Shown here: positions 1 to 14,000 of the stretch, piece by piece
Layout: each line of letters opens with the position of its first letter
Position numbering within the stretch: the stretch's first letter is position 1
NCBI GenBank assembly: GCA_010405405.1
Contig: MU004240.1
Span: 1,436,814 to 1,500,813 of the forward strand
Reading direction: 5' to 3'
Origin: Microthyrium microscopicum
Lineage: Eukaryota
DNA: 64,000 nt
Position numbers and translations under genes: made by a program
Notes under the pieces: model-generated
What the model was told of the DNA's origin: nothing
Database searches by the model: none
Seen by the model: the letters and a program-made list of their open reading frames with translations, nothing else

Positions 1-3000
1 AGAAGCAACGTCGAGATCATCAATAGTCAAACCCCATGTTGCGAGGGCTCCACGTAGAGGAGCAATGCGAGGATCACTCTTCCAGAAATTGTTTCCAAGA
101 GTGTAAAGAGCATCCTTTTCTTGTCGCTTAGCTTCCTCTCCAATGTGTGTAGCGCGCTCTTGCATGAAGGCCTCTTCGTCGAAAGCTTCACCTTCAGTCT
201 TCATAGCGGCAAGCTCTTCTTGAAGATATAACAGCTCTGACTCTTGCCATTGCTTGATCTGTTTGCGTCGGAGATCAAGTTGTCGCTTTCGGTACTTGAT
301 GTCAAGAAGAGGAGATGGGAATTTGCTTGCATCTTCACGGGCGGTGGTGAGAATACCTTGGCCTGGAGCAGGCACAGAGCGCCCAATTTTGTCAGTGGCA
401 GTGGCAGTGAAGCCAATGACACCATAAATTGGTACACCCATATCAAGAGCCAGCTGGGCATCCATGATGACTTGCATACCACAGCCTTGAGATTCCATGA
501 AACCACTACGAGTAGTGGTATTTGGACGTGACATCTCTGCTGGAGTTCGGCCATGAGCAATTTCGTCCTCAGCATTAGATGTGGCTTTCATGTTGGCAAA
601 CTCGTATGAGCCTTCCTCCTGGAAATCATCAAAGCCACCAACTAAGCAGATACGAGCCTTGCCTTCGACAATGGTGTCGTAACCAATGTCGACTGATTCA
701 ACAGACGTGGCGCAAGCACCAACTGGGGTCTTGATAGGTCCAGTGGAGGAGAGTAGAAGCATGTTGACCCAAGCACTCATGGTGTTGATGAAGGACTCTT
801 GCAGGATATCCTTCTGGAGGGGCTTGTCGAGGAAACGATCCTTGTACATACCACGGAGTGCACTTGTTCCACCGATACCAGAACCGATACAGTTACCGAC
901 CTGGGAGATGTGAACATATTGGTAGAACTCATAAGGATCCGTGATACCAGATGAGAGAAGAGTCTCAGCAGTGGAGACAAGGACAAACAAGGTAACGGGG
1001 TCGACTTGAGAAATGATATCTTCTGGGACACCGTAGCGGCGAGCGTCCCAACCTGTCGGAATCTGTCCAGCCACGAGGCGGTCAAAGCGGAGAGCCTTTG
1101 GAATGAGAAGGGTAGCGCCTCGCTTGATGCGAACGGTATACTCACCAGTCTCAAGCTCGAAGATCTCGGCCTTGTCACCATGCTCACGGCGGAACTCTTC
1201 AGCGTTCTCCTTGGAGGCCTCAAATGGATCCAGATCCTCCTCGATTTGAACTTCGTGAAGCATTTGCTTCTTCTTTGGGTCGTATCCGTTGAACAACTCG
1301 GGCTCAATGAGACGGATACCACTGTGCTCCAAGATTTGCTTCTCGTACTTGGGCTTGATGTCCTTGTCATCAACGGGTGTGCCAGTCTTGGCATCAACCC
1401 AACCGCAGTAAGCACGGCTTTTGATCATTCCATCAAAGTTCTTGATATAACCCATGACCCAGGCCATTTCGATGCAGCCCTCCAAGCTGAACTCGCCAAA
1501 GGCTTCCATTTCCCAACGGGTTCTTGAGTTACCCCATGGTCCGACTTCAGCGAAACCAGTGACAACAACAACCTTTTCAAGATCAACCATGCCCTTGAGA
1601 TTTTCATTGAGAGGCTTGACTTCCTTCTCCCAGTCTGGGACGTTGGGGAAGTCAAACTTAATGTTGGCACGGCGTTGAACAGTCACAGGCTTGTACATCT
1701 GCTCGTACCGTGGACCGTGGACGATGTTGTTCTCAATAGCGGTTTCCTTGACGACCGCCTTGCGAATCTCGCTGGTCTCGGTGTACTTCTTGCGAAGATC
1801 ACCCATGAGATCCTTGAGATTTGGAAGATATTGGAAACCTCCGTTGAGGTCAGCCCATACAGGCTCCATCTGGCACAAGTTGACAATAGGTCCGTCCATG
1901 AGACCAAGAATGTTGAATGCCATTTCTTGTTGCGAGAAAGTACGGACACCATGGGCTTCAATGCCTTCTGCAACAATGTTGTTTGCACTCATGAGACCGG
2001 TTCCTCGAGTCCAGCCAATGACAGCTCCACAGATGGTGAGGAAATTGCCCCAGTGCTCAGAATGCCATCGAGTGAAGAGGGTCTCGAGACCAATCTTGGA
2101 CTCGGGGTATAGACCATCGTTTCCGAATGTGCCGTGGTTAGGCGACAGTGGGAGAATGACTTGTGCAGGGCGAGTCTCAAAGCCACGCTCAACCTTCTGA
2201 GCCTTGACAGCACCCAGTAGGCGAATGACATTGGTCAACATGATACGATGGGCGAGCTCTGATTTAGAATCAATACCATCGATTTCACGACCATTTTCGG
2301 AGATGGCAGCGAAAGGTAGGATGTAATCAAGATCCCATCCAAGACCCTTCTTCTCGTCGTAGATGTAATCGACCAATGCCTCGACATCTTGCTTGCTGCC
2401 TTGATTGAAAGGTACAAGAATGAGTTGCGATCCCTTGGCACCGAAGCGAGTATACATAGATTGGTAATACTCGTTGACTTCTCGAGAAAAGCGGCTTGTG
2501 GTAACGATGACTCGAGCACCACCGCTAATAAGGCCCTTGAGGACGTCTGCGCCAATTGATCCTGCACCAGCACCAGTCATGAGAGCATTGCGGCCAGCAA
2601 AAGTGATGCCATCACGGGAAGCTTGCTCCAAGCAATCGAGGTAAACACCAGTGAGCTTTTTGCTGTACTCCCAGTTTTGGGTGTGCTTGCGCTTGAGATG
2701 CAAGAATGGAATGGTTTCTGTCTTTCCTTGACGGAGGGTAGGAGATCGACCATTGCGGGCAGCCTTCCGGCGACCAGGTCCGTGGTTGTTGCTCTCAGCG
2801 GGGATAATTTGGCCCTCATTCATGGACAGAGATCGAACGACGTTGGAATATAGTGCCTTGATCTGGAGTTGGGAGGATTTCGAAAGCTTGTGTTGCTGCT
2901 TGATGAGTTTATAGATGCGTTGAAGGTCATTTTGAACCTTGGTGCGGTTGTCGTACTCTGAGAGTTTTCCACCCTCAGCCATCTCGCTCACGTAGTGCTC

Positions 3001-4595
3001 GAGCTTTCTAATACTCGAGCGTGGCACTTCAGCGTAGTTCATATTTCCACGCTCATCAATCTTGAGCGAAGGCGCTGTGGGAATGGAAACATCCTTGTAA
3101 ACGGGACTTGCTGCCAACACTTCTTTGCAGTTGTCGATGAGCTGTTGACCAAGAGCTTTGGCAAGCTCGTATGTCTCTCCACGCTCGGTAGGGCAGTGAT
3201 CTATGTGATATTGCATAAAGTCCAGGAGGCGAGGATTTGATCGATTCATGATCGAGATACAGCGGCTGACAATCTCGCGGTCGACGGCCTTTAAGCGACC
3301 AAAGATAATATCAAAGTACATGGTAAGCGCATCTTGGCGAGCCCAATTCCATGCAGAGTCGTATGCACGAGCTTTAAGCGGGCTGAAAGATGGCTCCATG
3401 CCAGAAGCATAAATATCACCGTGCTCTATGTTCCACAGATCTAACTGGGCTTGTAAAGCAACGGTATGCTCTTGTGATGCCAGGTTTGCCTTGTCTCCAG
3501 CGCGAAGATCCATTTTGAGATATCTGGCAAATAGCTCAAGCTGTTGTTTGAAGAGAGCACGTTGATCCTTGGTCAAGGCGTCCAAAGCAGCTGGATCCAC
3601 CATCATTCCAGCACCAGCACCTCCAGCATCTGCACTAGCAGTTGGAGCAGCGAGGCTGATGCCAGCAGCAGCAGCATATTTATTGGAGACATCGTCGAGC
3701 CAAGCCTTTGCATCGGCTTCAGATCCTAGACGTGCAGCCGGCTCAGCGGTAAGTGCAAATAGAAGAACACCGTCCTGTCGTCCAGATTGAAGACCCCACC
3801 GTGTTTCCAGGTATTTGCGAACTGATGTGAGGTTGAATCCACCGGGCATCTTGGACGAAACCATTCTTGCAATCAACGATTGTGATTGTTTGCCGATTTG
3901 ACCGCTGAATGTGGATTGAATGGCAGCTCCTAATTCTTCTAGAGGAGTATCTTCAGGCTTTTCTGGCGTAGAGCCAAACTCCTTTCCAAGATCTCCGAGA
4001 ATTTCATTTTGAAGCGTCGATTTTCCTGAAATTGTTAGTTGGGGATTCATATGCAGTAGATGAAGAACTTACCTCCAACGAGATCTTTGATAGCTTTGCT
4101 GAGGGGAATTTCAGCAAACGGTTTCTTCAGCTTTTGAGCAACAAGAGCGCGAATGATTTCAGTGGCATTCACAGGAGCGTCGGCCACAGCAGCAGCTGGG
4201 CCGGCACCTGGAGCTGGTGCAGAAGTTGGTGGAGCAAGGGGAACTGCCGCGGTGGCGCCAGCACTTGGAGCCGAGCTTGGAGCGGATGCCTCTGCTTCTG
4301 GTTCCTCTTCTACCGGATCCACATCATAGTATATGTCTTTTGCGTCCTTGTTGTAGCAAAGAATTTGGCGTTGTAGAGAAAGTGCAGCATCGTGGGCTTC
4401 GTATTTGGTCGCTAATGTGCGCTTTGCCATGCCGGCCAGAGTATCGGCAGGGCCAATCTCTACGATCCGCTCGGTAGATTTCTCCCCAAGCACAACATCC
4501 TGGGTTTCGATCCATCTCACGGGTGAAGCGAACTGATAAGCTAGAAGCTCAACGAGCAAAGTGTGTGCGAGCTCTTGCTCGACTTCGGGTCGCAT
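1..4595 (-). CDS. FAS2: Fatty acid synthase subunit alpha (ACP, ketoreductase, ketosynthase); 3' end lies outside the window
   Basis: Starts [33 protein letters not shown] (ATG 4595; an in-frame upstream ATG lies at 4604). Intron 4026-4072 (GTAAGT...CTAAC...CAG) joins [21 protein letters not shown], the ACP phosphopantetheine motif. Also seen are the KR motif [10 protein letters not shown] and the KS motif [12 protein letters not shown]. The frame is still open at position 1 ([20 protein letters not shown]). Confidence 0.97.
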
Positions 4596-6246
4596 GTTTG
4601 GCATTTTGGTAGTTTTAAGGGGTGTGACAAAGTGACGAAAGTGATGCCTTAGGATTGCTCAATGAAGACAAAAGATGCTCATACGAGGAGAAGAGGCTAT
4701 AGTAGGTCTGCGGGTGAGATCCGATAGCAGATGAGAAATTAAGAAAGGAAAAGGGTTGGGAGATAGGCAAACTGAGGAAGGTGCAAGGCGGATAGGTATT
4801 GGCAGTGGGAGAGAAAAGGAAGGCGAAGCCAATGGCGTGGGGAATGAGAAGGAAGTGACGATGGGCGACAAATGCCAAACTTCAGACCTCAGAATTGACC
4901 CTCAACCTCGAGTTCACGATGTAATAGAGAGTTGCACAGTTGGAGGAGGATGTGGAAACTGTAATAAGATGAGAGGAAACACAACTTTTGTTGTCTAGAA
5001 AAAAAAAGAGGTGCAACTGGATCTGGAAAGGGAACTGGAGACAATGGGCCGAGCTTGCAGAAAAAGGCTTGCAGCGTTCTGGGAAGCTTGCTAGTGGCTA
5101 CAGCGGTCAGATTTGGGGACGACAAGAACGCAGACTGTCCTGGTCAACGAGTCCTGCGAGTCTTTGGCAAAGTCAAAGGCCAATTAAAAATGAAAGTATT
5201 GTCGGTGAAGGGGCAACGAAGCCACTGTTGCCATCAAAGCCAAAGTGGGATTGCAAGCGAGTCTAACCATTCATCCACAGTGCACTCTGCACACCAGTTC
5301 CAGGCACCTCTCATCTCTCGCACCAATTGGCAATGCTTCAATTGAGCTTTTTGGATGGCATTTCCGACGGGCCCGACACCGCCAATTCCTTGCCGAAGAT
5401 CCATGGAACATTTTCGAGAATCGACCTCTTCTCAACTTCTCAATGATTCCGCAACAACCAGCCACTTCCCTGTCTGCTCCGTCAATCCATCAATTGGTCC
5501 GGGCTTAGACCAATTCTTACAGATTACTGATATCAACTCTACATCTCGGCTCATTTTAATCTTCTTACCGCTTTATTTAATGGCAGCCTAGATCTTCAGC
5601 TTCCAAATGCACAAATCTGTCCTTTACAATCAGTTATCGTTACCTAAAAACCAAGATATTCTTTGCTGCACTGCAAAAAACAACCTTTCTTAGCTTGCCA
5701 CTTTGTTTGCGACCCTTCACCACCCGGAAGTAAGTTACAGCTCTAAGCTCTCAGGGTTCAGAATTCCATCCGACCTTCTCCGTTGTCCTGATAGAGATAC
5801 CTTACAAGTTCAATGCAAACCTGATCCTGAACCACATCAATGATCCCCTTCCAGTATCTGATAAACCCACTCTTAACATCTAAAACCCTTCAAAGATTTC
5901 TCTTCTCGGCGAGCTTCGGGATGATATTGCTTGCATCCAAGGAACTCCAAGCATCTTCAAGCAATATGTATGCACGTAATTCCTGCTGCATGGTTAGGAA
6001 AGGGTCAAACAAGCCCGAATCGAAAACAATTTGTCGTATCGATTGCGTGTTGTAGTTGAAAGATTTCTCTACACTCGGGACCGATAACACGCGATTCTCC
6101 GCTATAATGATTGAACTGACGTCTGAGGTCTCCCAACCTGGAGCTTGAAGCTTTTAGCCAACCGTTCGCGTTGAAAGGCCATGTGGAAGAGAGACCGGGG
6201 TATCTCTCGATTGTGGACGCGGGCGCAGAGTTTAGCCACGTAGGAT

Positions 6247-6656
6247 CAGTGTTGGCACTCGAGTAAGTACTAAAACTAGTCTAGTCTAGTATACTAGTAC
6301 TCAAGTACTAGTAGTCTAGTATTTTAAAAGCTCTAACTAGTCTAGTACGAGTACTAGTATTCATATTTTTTAAGACTAGTCTAGTAGAGTAAGTACTTAG
6401 TACTTTAAGACTAGTACTAATCTAGTACTAATACTGCTAAGCTTTATTCTTTTACTAATAAAATACTAAAGAATACTAGTACTAGACTAGTACTAGAGTA
6501 CTAGTAGTCTAGTATTTTAAATAATCTAACTAGTCTAGTACTAGTACTAGTACTAGAAATTTCGTTGACTAGTCTAGTAGAGTACTCATTTTTAAAACGC
6601 CATACTAGCCGTACTAGTACTAGTACTCGACTAGACTAACTCGAGTTCCAACACTG
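6247..6656. mobile_element. 410-bp non-autonomous TIR element (MITE-like), RIP-like mutated
   Basis: 18-bp terminal inverted repeats CAGTGTTGG(C/A)ACTCGAGT with 1 mismatch. The interior is very AT/TpA-rich and built from repeated ACTAGT/AGTACT/CTAGTCTAG units. Flanks CACGTAGGAT (6237-6246) and CACGGTAGGAT (6657-6667) form an imperfect target-site duplication. Confidence 0.85.
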
Positions 6657-8040
6657 CACGGTAGGATGAAGCAGCGAACCACGGTTGGAATCGATAAGGC
6701 TGATAAGCCCACACCTTCAGCCTCGCATTGGATGCAAATTGTTACATCTCCACTTTATGAATTTAAATGTTCATCAAAACCTGCTGGATGGGTGGATATT
6801 TCATGCGGAATCATTCTCTTCACTGATAAGGCTGTGATAGTCTCAAAACAGCTATGAGGACCTGTCGTATCAGTATAGGCATTGTATGATCAAGGTCAGG
6901 GATGCAGCTAGAGGCCTGGAGCTTGTTGGATAGCCCATTCTGACAGCTAGTTTAGATCGGTGATTTACACTACTATTAAATTGATGCGAACAAGCCAGGG
7001 ATGCGATTGCAAGAATTTGGATTGGCTAGTCGGGTAAGGAACATCAATTGAAAGGTGTCATTAAATAGATATATTAAATTACAGCTTAGAGATACAATGT
7101 ACAAATTAGTCCGCAGGCACAGATAGAGCATCGGGATATACGAGGATGAGGGGAAAGTCATGCTGGGTAATGGATAGAGTGAGTATCAGAGCAGATATAG
7201 TGTAAAGTTTGTGGAAGCTGAAGAAACAGTGTGCAAGACTTGGTTGAAACTGTGGATGGATTGAAGGATGACGAATATAAATAGGAAGTCGATGTGGAGA
7301 TAATAGGCATCAAGATATCGCCGCCATCACAATTGGTGTGTTTGAGCCACTTCTCGGGAACACTTTGGATCAAGATGTCAAGTTTGGAGTTTTGGAGCTC
7401 TCTCTACTCGAGGGTAAACCTCCCTTGTTGAGAACTTGAGAGAGGGGAGCTACGGAGCGTTGGACAGGGGGAGCTGCAATCTGCAAGAACCCTGGTCTTA
7501 GCAACATTCAATCGGCAGGCACCGGTTTGCGTGCCGTGCAGTCCCTGCTTCCCTGTCAGGGTTGCCACCGTGCATCGTGCCTTCCGCGACTACAGGACGC
7601 CTAGGTCGTTCCTGCCTCAAAGAGCACGCCTACAATGCCATCTTGTATCGTAGCTTCCCTAAGTTCCCTTTCTACTCGGCAACCATCCCTGGCGCTTTCT
7701 AGAAAAAAAGTTACCACACTGCCCATTGTCTCGACAATCTCCATCCTCCTCCCTCTCATATCACCGTACACTCTTCATTCATTCTCCAGAGTGCAAAGTG
7801 CAATCTTGATACTATTTGCTCTTATTCTACAATCTCCCTATTCTCCCGTTCCGACATCCTCATCCCTCTTGATTGAGAACAGCAAACAAACTCCTTGCTG
7901 TTCTGCTTCTGTACTTCAGACACGGAAGCCTTGCGCTTCTCCTATTCACCACGATCAATTGACGAGCTCTTGATTGAGCTGCATTGATCTTTTCTTCAAA
8001 CTCGACTCACCTATCTCAATCTCAACTTCCAACCACAATC

Positions 8041-11000
8041 ATGTACGGAGGTTCTGGCGCTCAAACCGGCATTAATACTCCTCGGACTGCTGCGTCCTTC
8101 CGCCCTCTCATTCTCTCTCATGGCTCTCTCGAACACACCTTTCATATCACTTCTGACCTTCACTTCACTGCCGTTCGCCTAAAGGATGACTTTGTCGCCA
8201 CTCTTCCTGAGCCAACAGACGAGCTTGCTCTAGACGACGAGCCTTCTTCGACCGCTGAATTGGTTGCCCGCTACCTCGGCTTCATTGCCAATGAAGTCAA
8301 GGAAGCTGCAGAAGACATTCCCACTCTCACACATCTGCTCGTTGTTCTTGTTACCGAGTTTGAACGAGTGTTTTTGCAAGGCAATGATATTCATGCTGTC
8401 TCTGCCTCTTTACCAGGCATTCCCTCCAAAAAGCTCATCACCGTTGAATCCTACTACAATGCGCGCAAGTCCGCCAATAGGCCATTGAAAACTTACGAGT
8501 CTGCTCTTTTCAGAGAGGCCAAGGACGGAAATGCTGGTCTATATGCTATTTTCGGCGGACAGGGCAACATTGAAGAGTACTTCGAGGAGCTTCGCGAAAT
8601 TTATACCACATATTCGATCTTCGTCGAAGACTTTATCCGAGAATCTGCAGCACACTTGCTATCCCTGTCTCTAAATGAACAAGCAAAAAAGTCCTATTCC
8701 AAGGGCTTGGATGTCGTTCGATGGCTTCATAACAAAGATGCTCAGCCAGATGTAGACTACTTGGTGTCGGCTCCCGTCAGTCTCCCACTCATCGGCTTAA
8801 CTCAACTCGCACATTACATGGTGACATGCAAAACTTTGGGTGTCGATCCAGGCTACGTTCGGTCCCTCTTGAAGGGTACAACTGGCCACTCTCAGGGTGT
8901 TGTGACCGCTGCAGCCATTGCAACAGCTCACGATTGGCCATCTTTCACCAAAGCTGCTAAGGATGCTATTACAATTCTATTCTGGATTGGCTGCCGCAGT
9001 CAACAGGTCTACCCCAGAACCTCAATCCAACCAAATGTCATACAAGATTCCATCGAGAACGGAGAAGGTGATCCTACTCCTATGCTTTCAATTCGGGATC
9101 TTACTCTTTCTACTGTCCAAACATACATTGATCAAACCAATGAACATTTGGCAGACGACAAGCAAATTGCCATCTCCTTGGTCAACAGTGCCAGAAATGT
9201 TGTGGTTACTGGCCCCATGCTCTCACTTTACGGCTTAAACCTGACTCTTCGCAAAGTCAAGGCTCCCACTGGCCTCGATCAAGGCAGAGTTCCACATTCG
9301 CAGCGCAAAATCCGGTTTACGAATCGATTCCTGCCCATTACAGCTCCCTTCCACAGTCCATATCTTGCTGAAACCGCACGACTACTAGAGGAAGATCTCA
9401 AGGATATTACAATTCCAGCCAAGTCTCTTGGTATTGCAATGTATCATACCGACACTGGCAAAGATATTCGAGACGATGGTGCTTCCAACATTGTCCCAAC
9501 TTTGGTTCAAATGATCACTCGCGACCCCGTCAACTGGGAGAAAGCCACTGTTTTCCCTAATGCCACTCACATTATTGACTTTGGTCCTGGTGGAATCTCT
9601 GGTCTTGGTGTTCTAACCAACCGCAACAAAGATGGCTCTGGTGTTCGTGTTATTCTTGCTGGTTCCATTGACGGTACCAACGCTGAGGTTGGATACAAGC
9701 CTGAGCTCTTTGACCGTGATCAGGAGACTGCTGTGAAGTATGCTGCCGATTGGGTGAAAGAACATGGCCCAAAACTCGTCAAAACTTCCTCAGGCCGGAC
9801 GTACGTCGACACCAAATTCAGCAGACTGCTTGGTCTCCCACCTATCATGGTCGCTGGCATGACCCCCTGCACAGTAGCACCAGAATTCATTGCCGATACC
9901 ATGAATGCGGGCTACGAAATTGAGCTTGCTGGTGGTGGATACTTTATTCGACCTATGATGACAGATGCCATCAAGAAAGTTGAAGCCCACATTCCCCCGG
10001 GCCGTGGTATTTCAATCAACTTGATTTACGTCAACCCTCGAGCTATGTCGTGGCAAGTTCCCATGATCGGCGATCTACGAGCTGAAGGCATCCCAATTGT
10101 CAATATGACGATCGGTGCTGGTGTGCCATCACTCGAGGTTGCCAACGAGTACATCGAGACGCTTGGGTTGAAGCGTATGGCTTTCAAGCCCGGTTCACTA
10201 GATGCCATACAGGCAGTTGTCAACATCGCCAGAGCGAACCCAACGTTCCCTGTTGTACTTCAGTGGACTGGTGGTCGCGGTGGTGGTCATCATTCTTTCG
10301 AGGATTTCCATCAACCTATTCTCACCATGTATAGCCGCATACGAAAATGCCCCAACTTGGTTCTGGTTGCAGGGTCTGGTTTTGGTGGCGCTGAAGACAC
10401 TTATCCATATCTTACTGGAGCGTGGTCAGCCAAATATGGTTACCCTCCTATGCCATTCGATGGTTGTTTGTTCGGCAGTCGTATGATGGTCGCAAAAGAG
10501 GCCTGGACTTCTCCAGCTGCCAAACAAGCTATTGTCGACGCCCCAGGTGTGGAGGATGTTGAGTGGGAGCGAACATACACAGAACCTACTGGCGGAGTCC
10601 TCACTGTTCTCTCTGAAATGGGAGAACCAATCCACAAGCTTGCAACTCGCGGTGTCAGATTTTGGGCCGAGATGGACCAGAAGATCTTCAAGCTAGACAA
10701 AGCCAAGCGTGTTCCAGAACTAAAGAAGAACCGGGATTACATCATCAAGCATCTCAATGAGGACTTCCAGAAACCGTGGTTCGGAAAGAATAGCTCTGGA
10801 CCTTGTGATCTCGAAGAGATGACTTATGGCGAGATCGTTCGTCGCTGTGTCGAGTTGATGTACATCAAGCACCAGTCCCGCTGGGTCGATGTCAGCTTGC
10901 GAGCATTCACCGTCACCATTTTCCGCAGAGTCGAAGAGCGCTTTGCAACCTCTTCAGGAGCCAAGTCGGTTGTTCAAAACCCCAACGACTTGAACGATCC

Positions 11001-14000
11001 TTTCCCAATTATCGACAAGCTCCTCGCAGCCTATCCAGAAGCTGAAAAGCAACTGATCAGTGCCCAAGACGTACAGTTCTTCCTTCAATGCTGTATGAAC
11101 CCTCTCCAGAAGCCGGTTACCTTTGTTCCTTGTTTCGATGACAACTTCGACTTTTACTTCAAGAAGGACTCTCTTTGGCAATCTGAAGATGTTGAAGCAG
11201 TTATGGATCAAGATGTACAACGTGTTTGCATTCTCCAAGGTCCAATGGCCGCCAAGTACTCTACCAAAGTGGACGAGCCAATCAAGGATATTCTAGACGG
11301 TATCCACGAAGGTCATATCAAGATGCTGTTAAAGGATCTCTACAACAACGATGAAAGCAAGATCCCAGTTACAGACTACTTCGGTGGCAAACTAGTAGAG
11401 GCATCTGATGAGAGACACAGTTTGGATGGGCTTACTGTCAAGGAGGAGGCAGACAAGCTCACTTTCAAGCTCTCGGCTGCCCCCAATGCCACCCTTCCTC
11501 AACTTGACAACTGGCTAGAGCTGCTTGCTGGCAAAACCTTCTCTTGGCGCCACGCTTTCTTCCAGTCCGATGTCCTTGTTCAAGACGTCAAGTATCACAG
11601 TAATCCTATGGAGCGAGTATTCAGCCCAGCTCCCGGTATGCGTGTTGAGATTGCCAACCCAAACACACCAGCCAAGACGACCATCAAAGTCTTCGAACTT
11701 TCTCGCGCTTCAGGGAAACATGAGCAAACAGTCGAAGTGTCTATCTCAGGCAATCGCATCTCGTGCAACCTCATCGAGTATCGAACGGCATCTGGAAAGC
11801 CAGCGAGCCTCCCATTCCTGTTCGACTACCACTCAGACCGTGGATATGCTCCAATTCATGAAGTCATGAGCGACCGCAATGACAGAATCAAGGAATTCTA
11901 CTATCGTGTCTGGTTCGGTGACAACGAGAAGGTTCCCTTTGATGCCCTTCTTGATGAGAAATTCGACGGAGGTCGAGCCACTGTTACCAGCGAAGCCATC
12001 AATGATTTTGTTCATGCCGTTGGCAACAACGGTGAAGCCTTCGTTGACCGTCCAGGCAAAGAAGTCTTTGCACCAATGGATTTCGCCATTGTGGTTGGCT
12101 GGAAGGCCATCACCAAACCAATCTTCCCACGCAAGATTGATGGCGATCTTCTCAAGCTTGTGCATCTTTCCAATGGTTTCCGCATGTTGCCCGGTGCCTC
12201 TCCCTTGAAGAAAGGAGATGTCCTCGATACTACTGCTCAGGTTAACGCCGTCATCAATCAAGAATCCGGCAAGATGGTGGAAGTTTGCGGCACAATCACA
12301 CGAAATGGCGAGCCCATTATGGAAGTCGTGAGCCAATTCCTTTACCGGGGTGACTACACCGATTTCGAGAATACCTTCCAGCGCAAGTCTGAGACTCCTA
12401 TGCAGTTGACCTTGTCTTCCGCTAAGGACATTGCCATTCTTCAATCCAAAGAGTGGTTCCAAATTGGCGACAACGAGATGGATCTGCTCAATCAAACTTT
12501 GACGTTCCGACTACACAGCTTGGTCAAGTTCAAGAACCGGACTGTTTTTAGTGAGGTGCACACTTACGGTGAAGTCCTTCTTGAGCTTCCATCAAAAGAA
12601 ATCGTTCAGATCGCTTCTGTCGATTACCAAGCCGGTGACTCTCATGGCAACCCAGTCCTTGACTATCTTTCCCGCAACGGCCAGCCCACTGATCAACCAG
12701 TGCACTTTGAGAATGCCATTCCTCTGCACGGAAAGAAACCACTGGCTCTCAAGGCTCCTGCATCAAATGACACTTATGCACAAGTGTCAGGCGATTTCAA
12801 CCCTATCCACGTTTCTCGTGTGTTTGCCAAGCATGCTGGCTTACCAGGTACTATTACGCATGGCATGTATACCAGTGCTGCCGTCCGCAGTTTGGTAGAA
12901 ACTTGGGCTGCAGAGAACCACGTTGGCCGAGTTCGTAGCTATCATGCCTCGCTTGTCGGTATGGTTCTTCCTGATGATGAACTTGACATCAAACTCTCGC
13001 ATACCGGCATGGTGTCTGGTCGCAAGATCATCAAGGTGGAAGTGAGCAACAAGGAAACCGAGGAGAAGGTTCTCCTTGGCGAGGCAGAGGTTGAACAGCC
13101 CTCGACTGCTTATGTCTTTACTGGTCAAGGTTCTCAAGAACAAGGCATGGGTATGGAACTCTACGATACCAGCAAGGTCGCGAAGGAGGTCTGGGATCGC
13201 GCTGATAAGCATTTCATGGACAACTATGGTAAGAATCTTCTTTGCTATTTTGCACAATCATTCTAACAATATGCAGGATTTTCAATCGTCAATATTGTCA
13301 AGAACAATCCAAAGGAGCTCACCATTCATTTTGGTGGTCCACGTGGTAAAGCCATTCGTCAAAACTACATGGCCATGACCTTCGAGACTGTTGGGGCTGA
13401 TGGTCAACTGAAGTCTGAGAAGATTTTCAAGGAGGTTGACGAAAAGACAACTTCTTACACATACCGGTCACCAAATGGCTTGCTTTCTTCGACTCAATTC
13501 ACTCAGCCAGCCTTGACGCTCATGGAGAAGGCTTCGTTCGAAGACATGCGATCCAAGGGCCTTGTTCAAGACGACAGCAGCTTTGCTGGCCACTCTTTGG
13601 GCGAGTACTCCGCCCTTGCATCTCTCGCAGAGGTCATGCCCATCGAGTCCCTGGTTTCCGTCGTCTTCTACCGTGGTCTAACCATGCAAGTCGCCGTCGA
13701 ACGTGACGAACAAGGTCGCTCCAACTACGCCATGTGCGCCGTTAACCCCTCACGTATCAGCAAGACCTTCAACGAGCAGGCCCTGCAATACGTCGTGGAG
13801 AATATTGCCGCCGAGACCACCTGGCTCCTCGAAATCGTCAATCTCAATGTTGCCAACATGCAGTATGTCTGTGCCGGTGACCTCCGGGCCCTCGACTGCC
13901 TCACCAACGTTCTCAACTTCCTCAAGCAACAAAAGATTGACATTGAGCACTTGATGGGCACTATGAGCATTGAGGATGTCAAGGAGCACTTGCGCAGCAT

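Noticed and set aside
201..3790. Many short ORFs on both strands in the ORF track
   Set aside because: They are alternative-frame or antisense shadows of FAS2 exon 2, which the track omits because it runs off the window.
7984..8040. Upstream TTG start for FAS1 given by the ORF track
   Set aside because: Non-ATG start; the ATG at 8041 gives the typical MYG...TG..TPR N-terminus.
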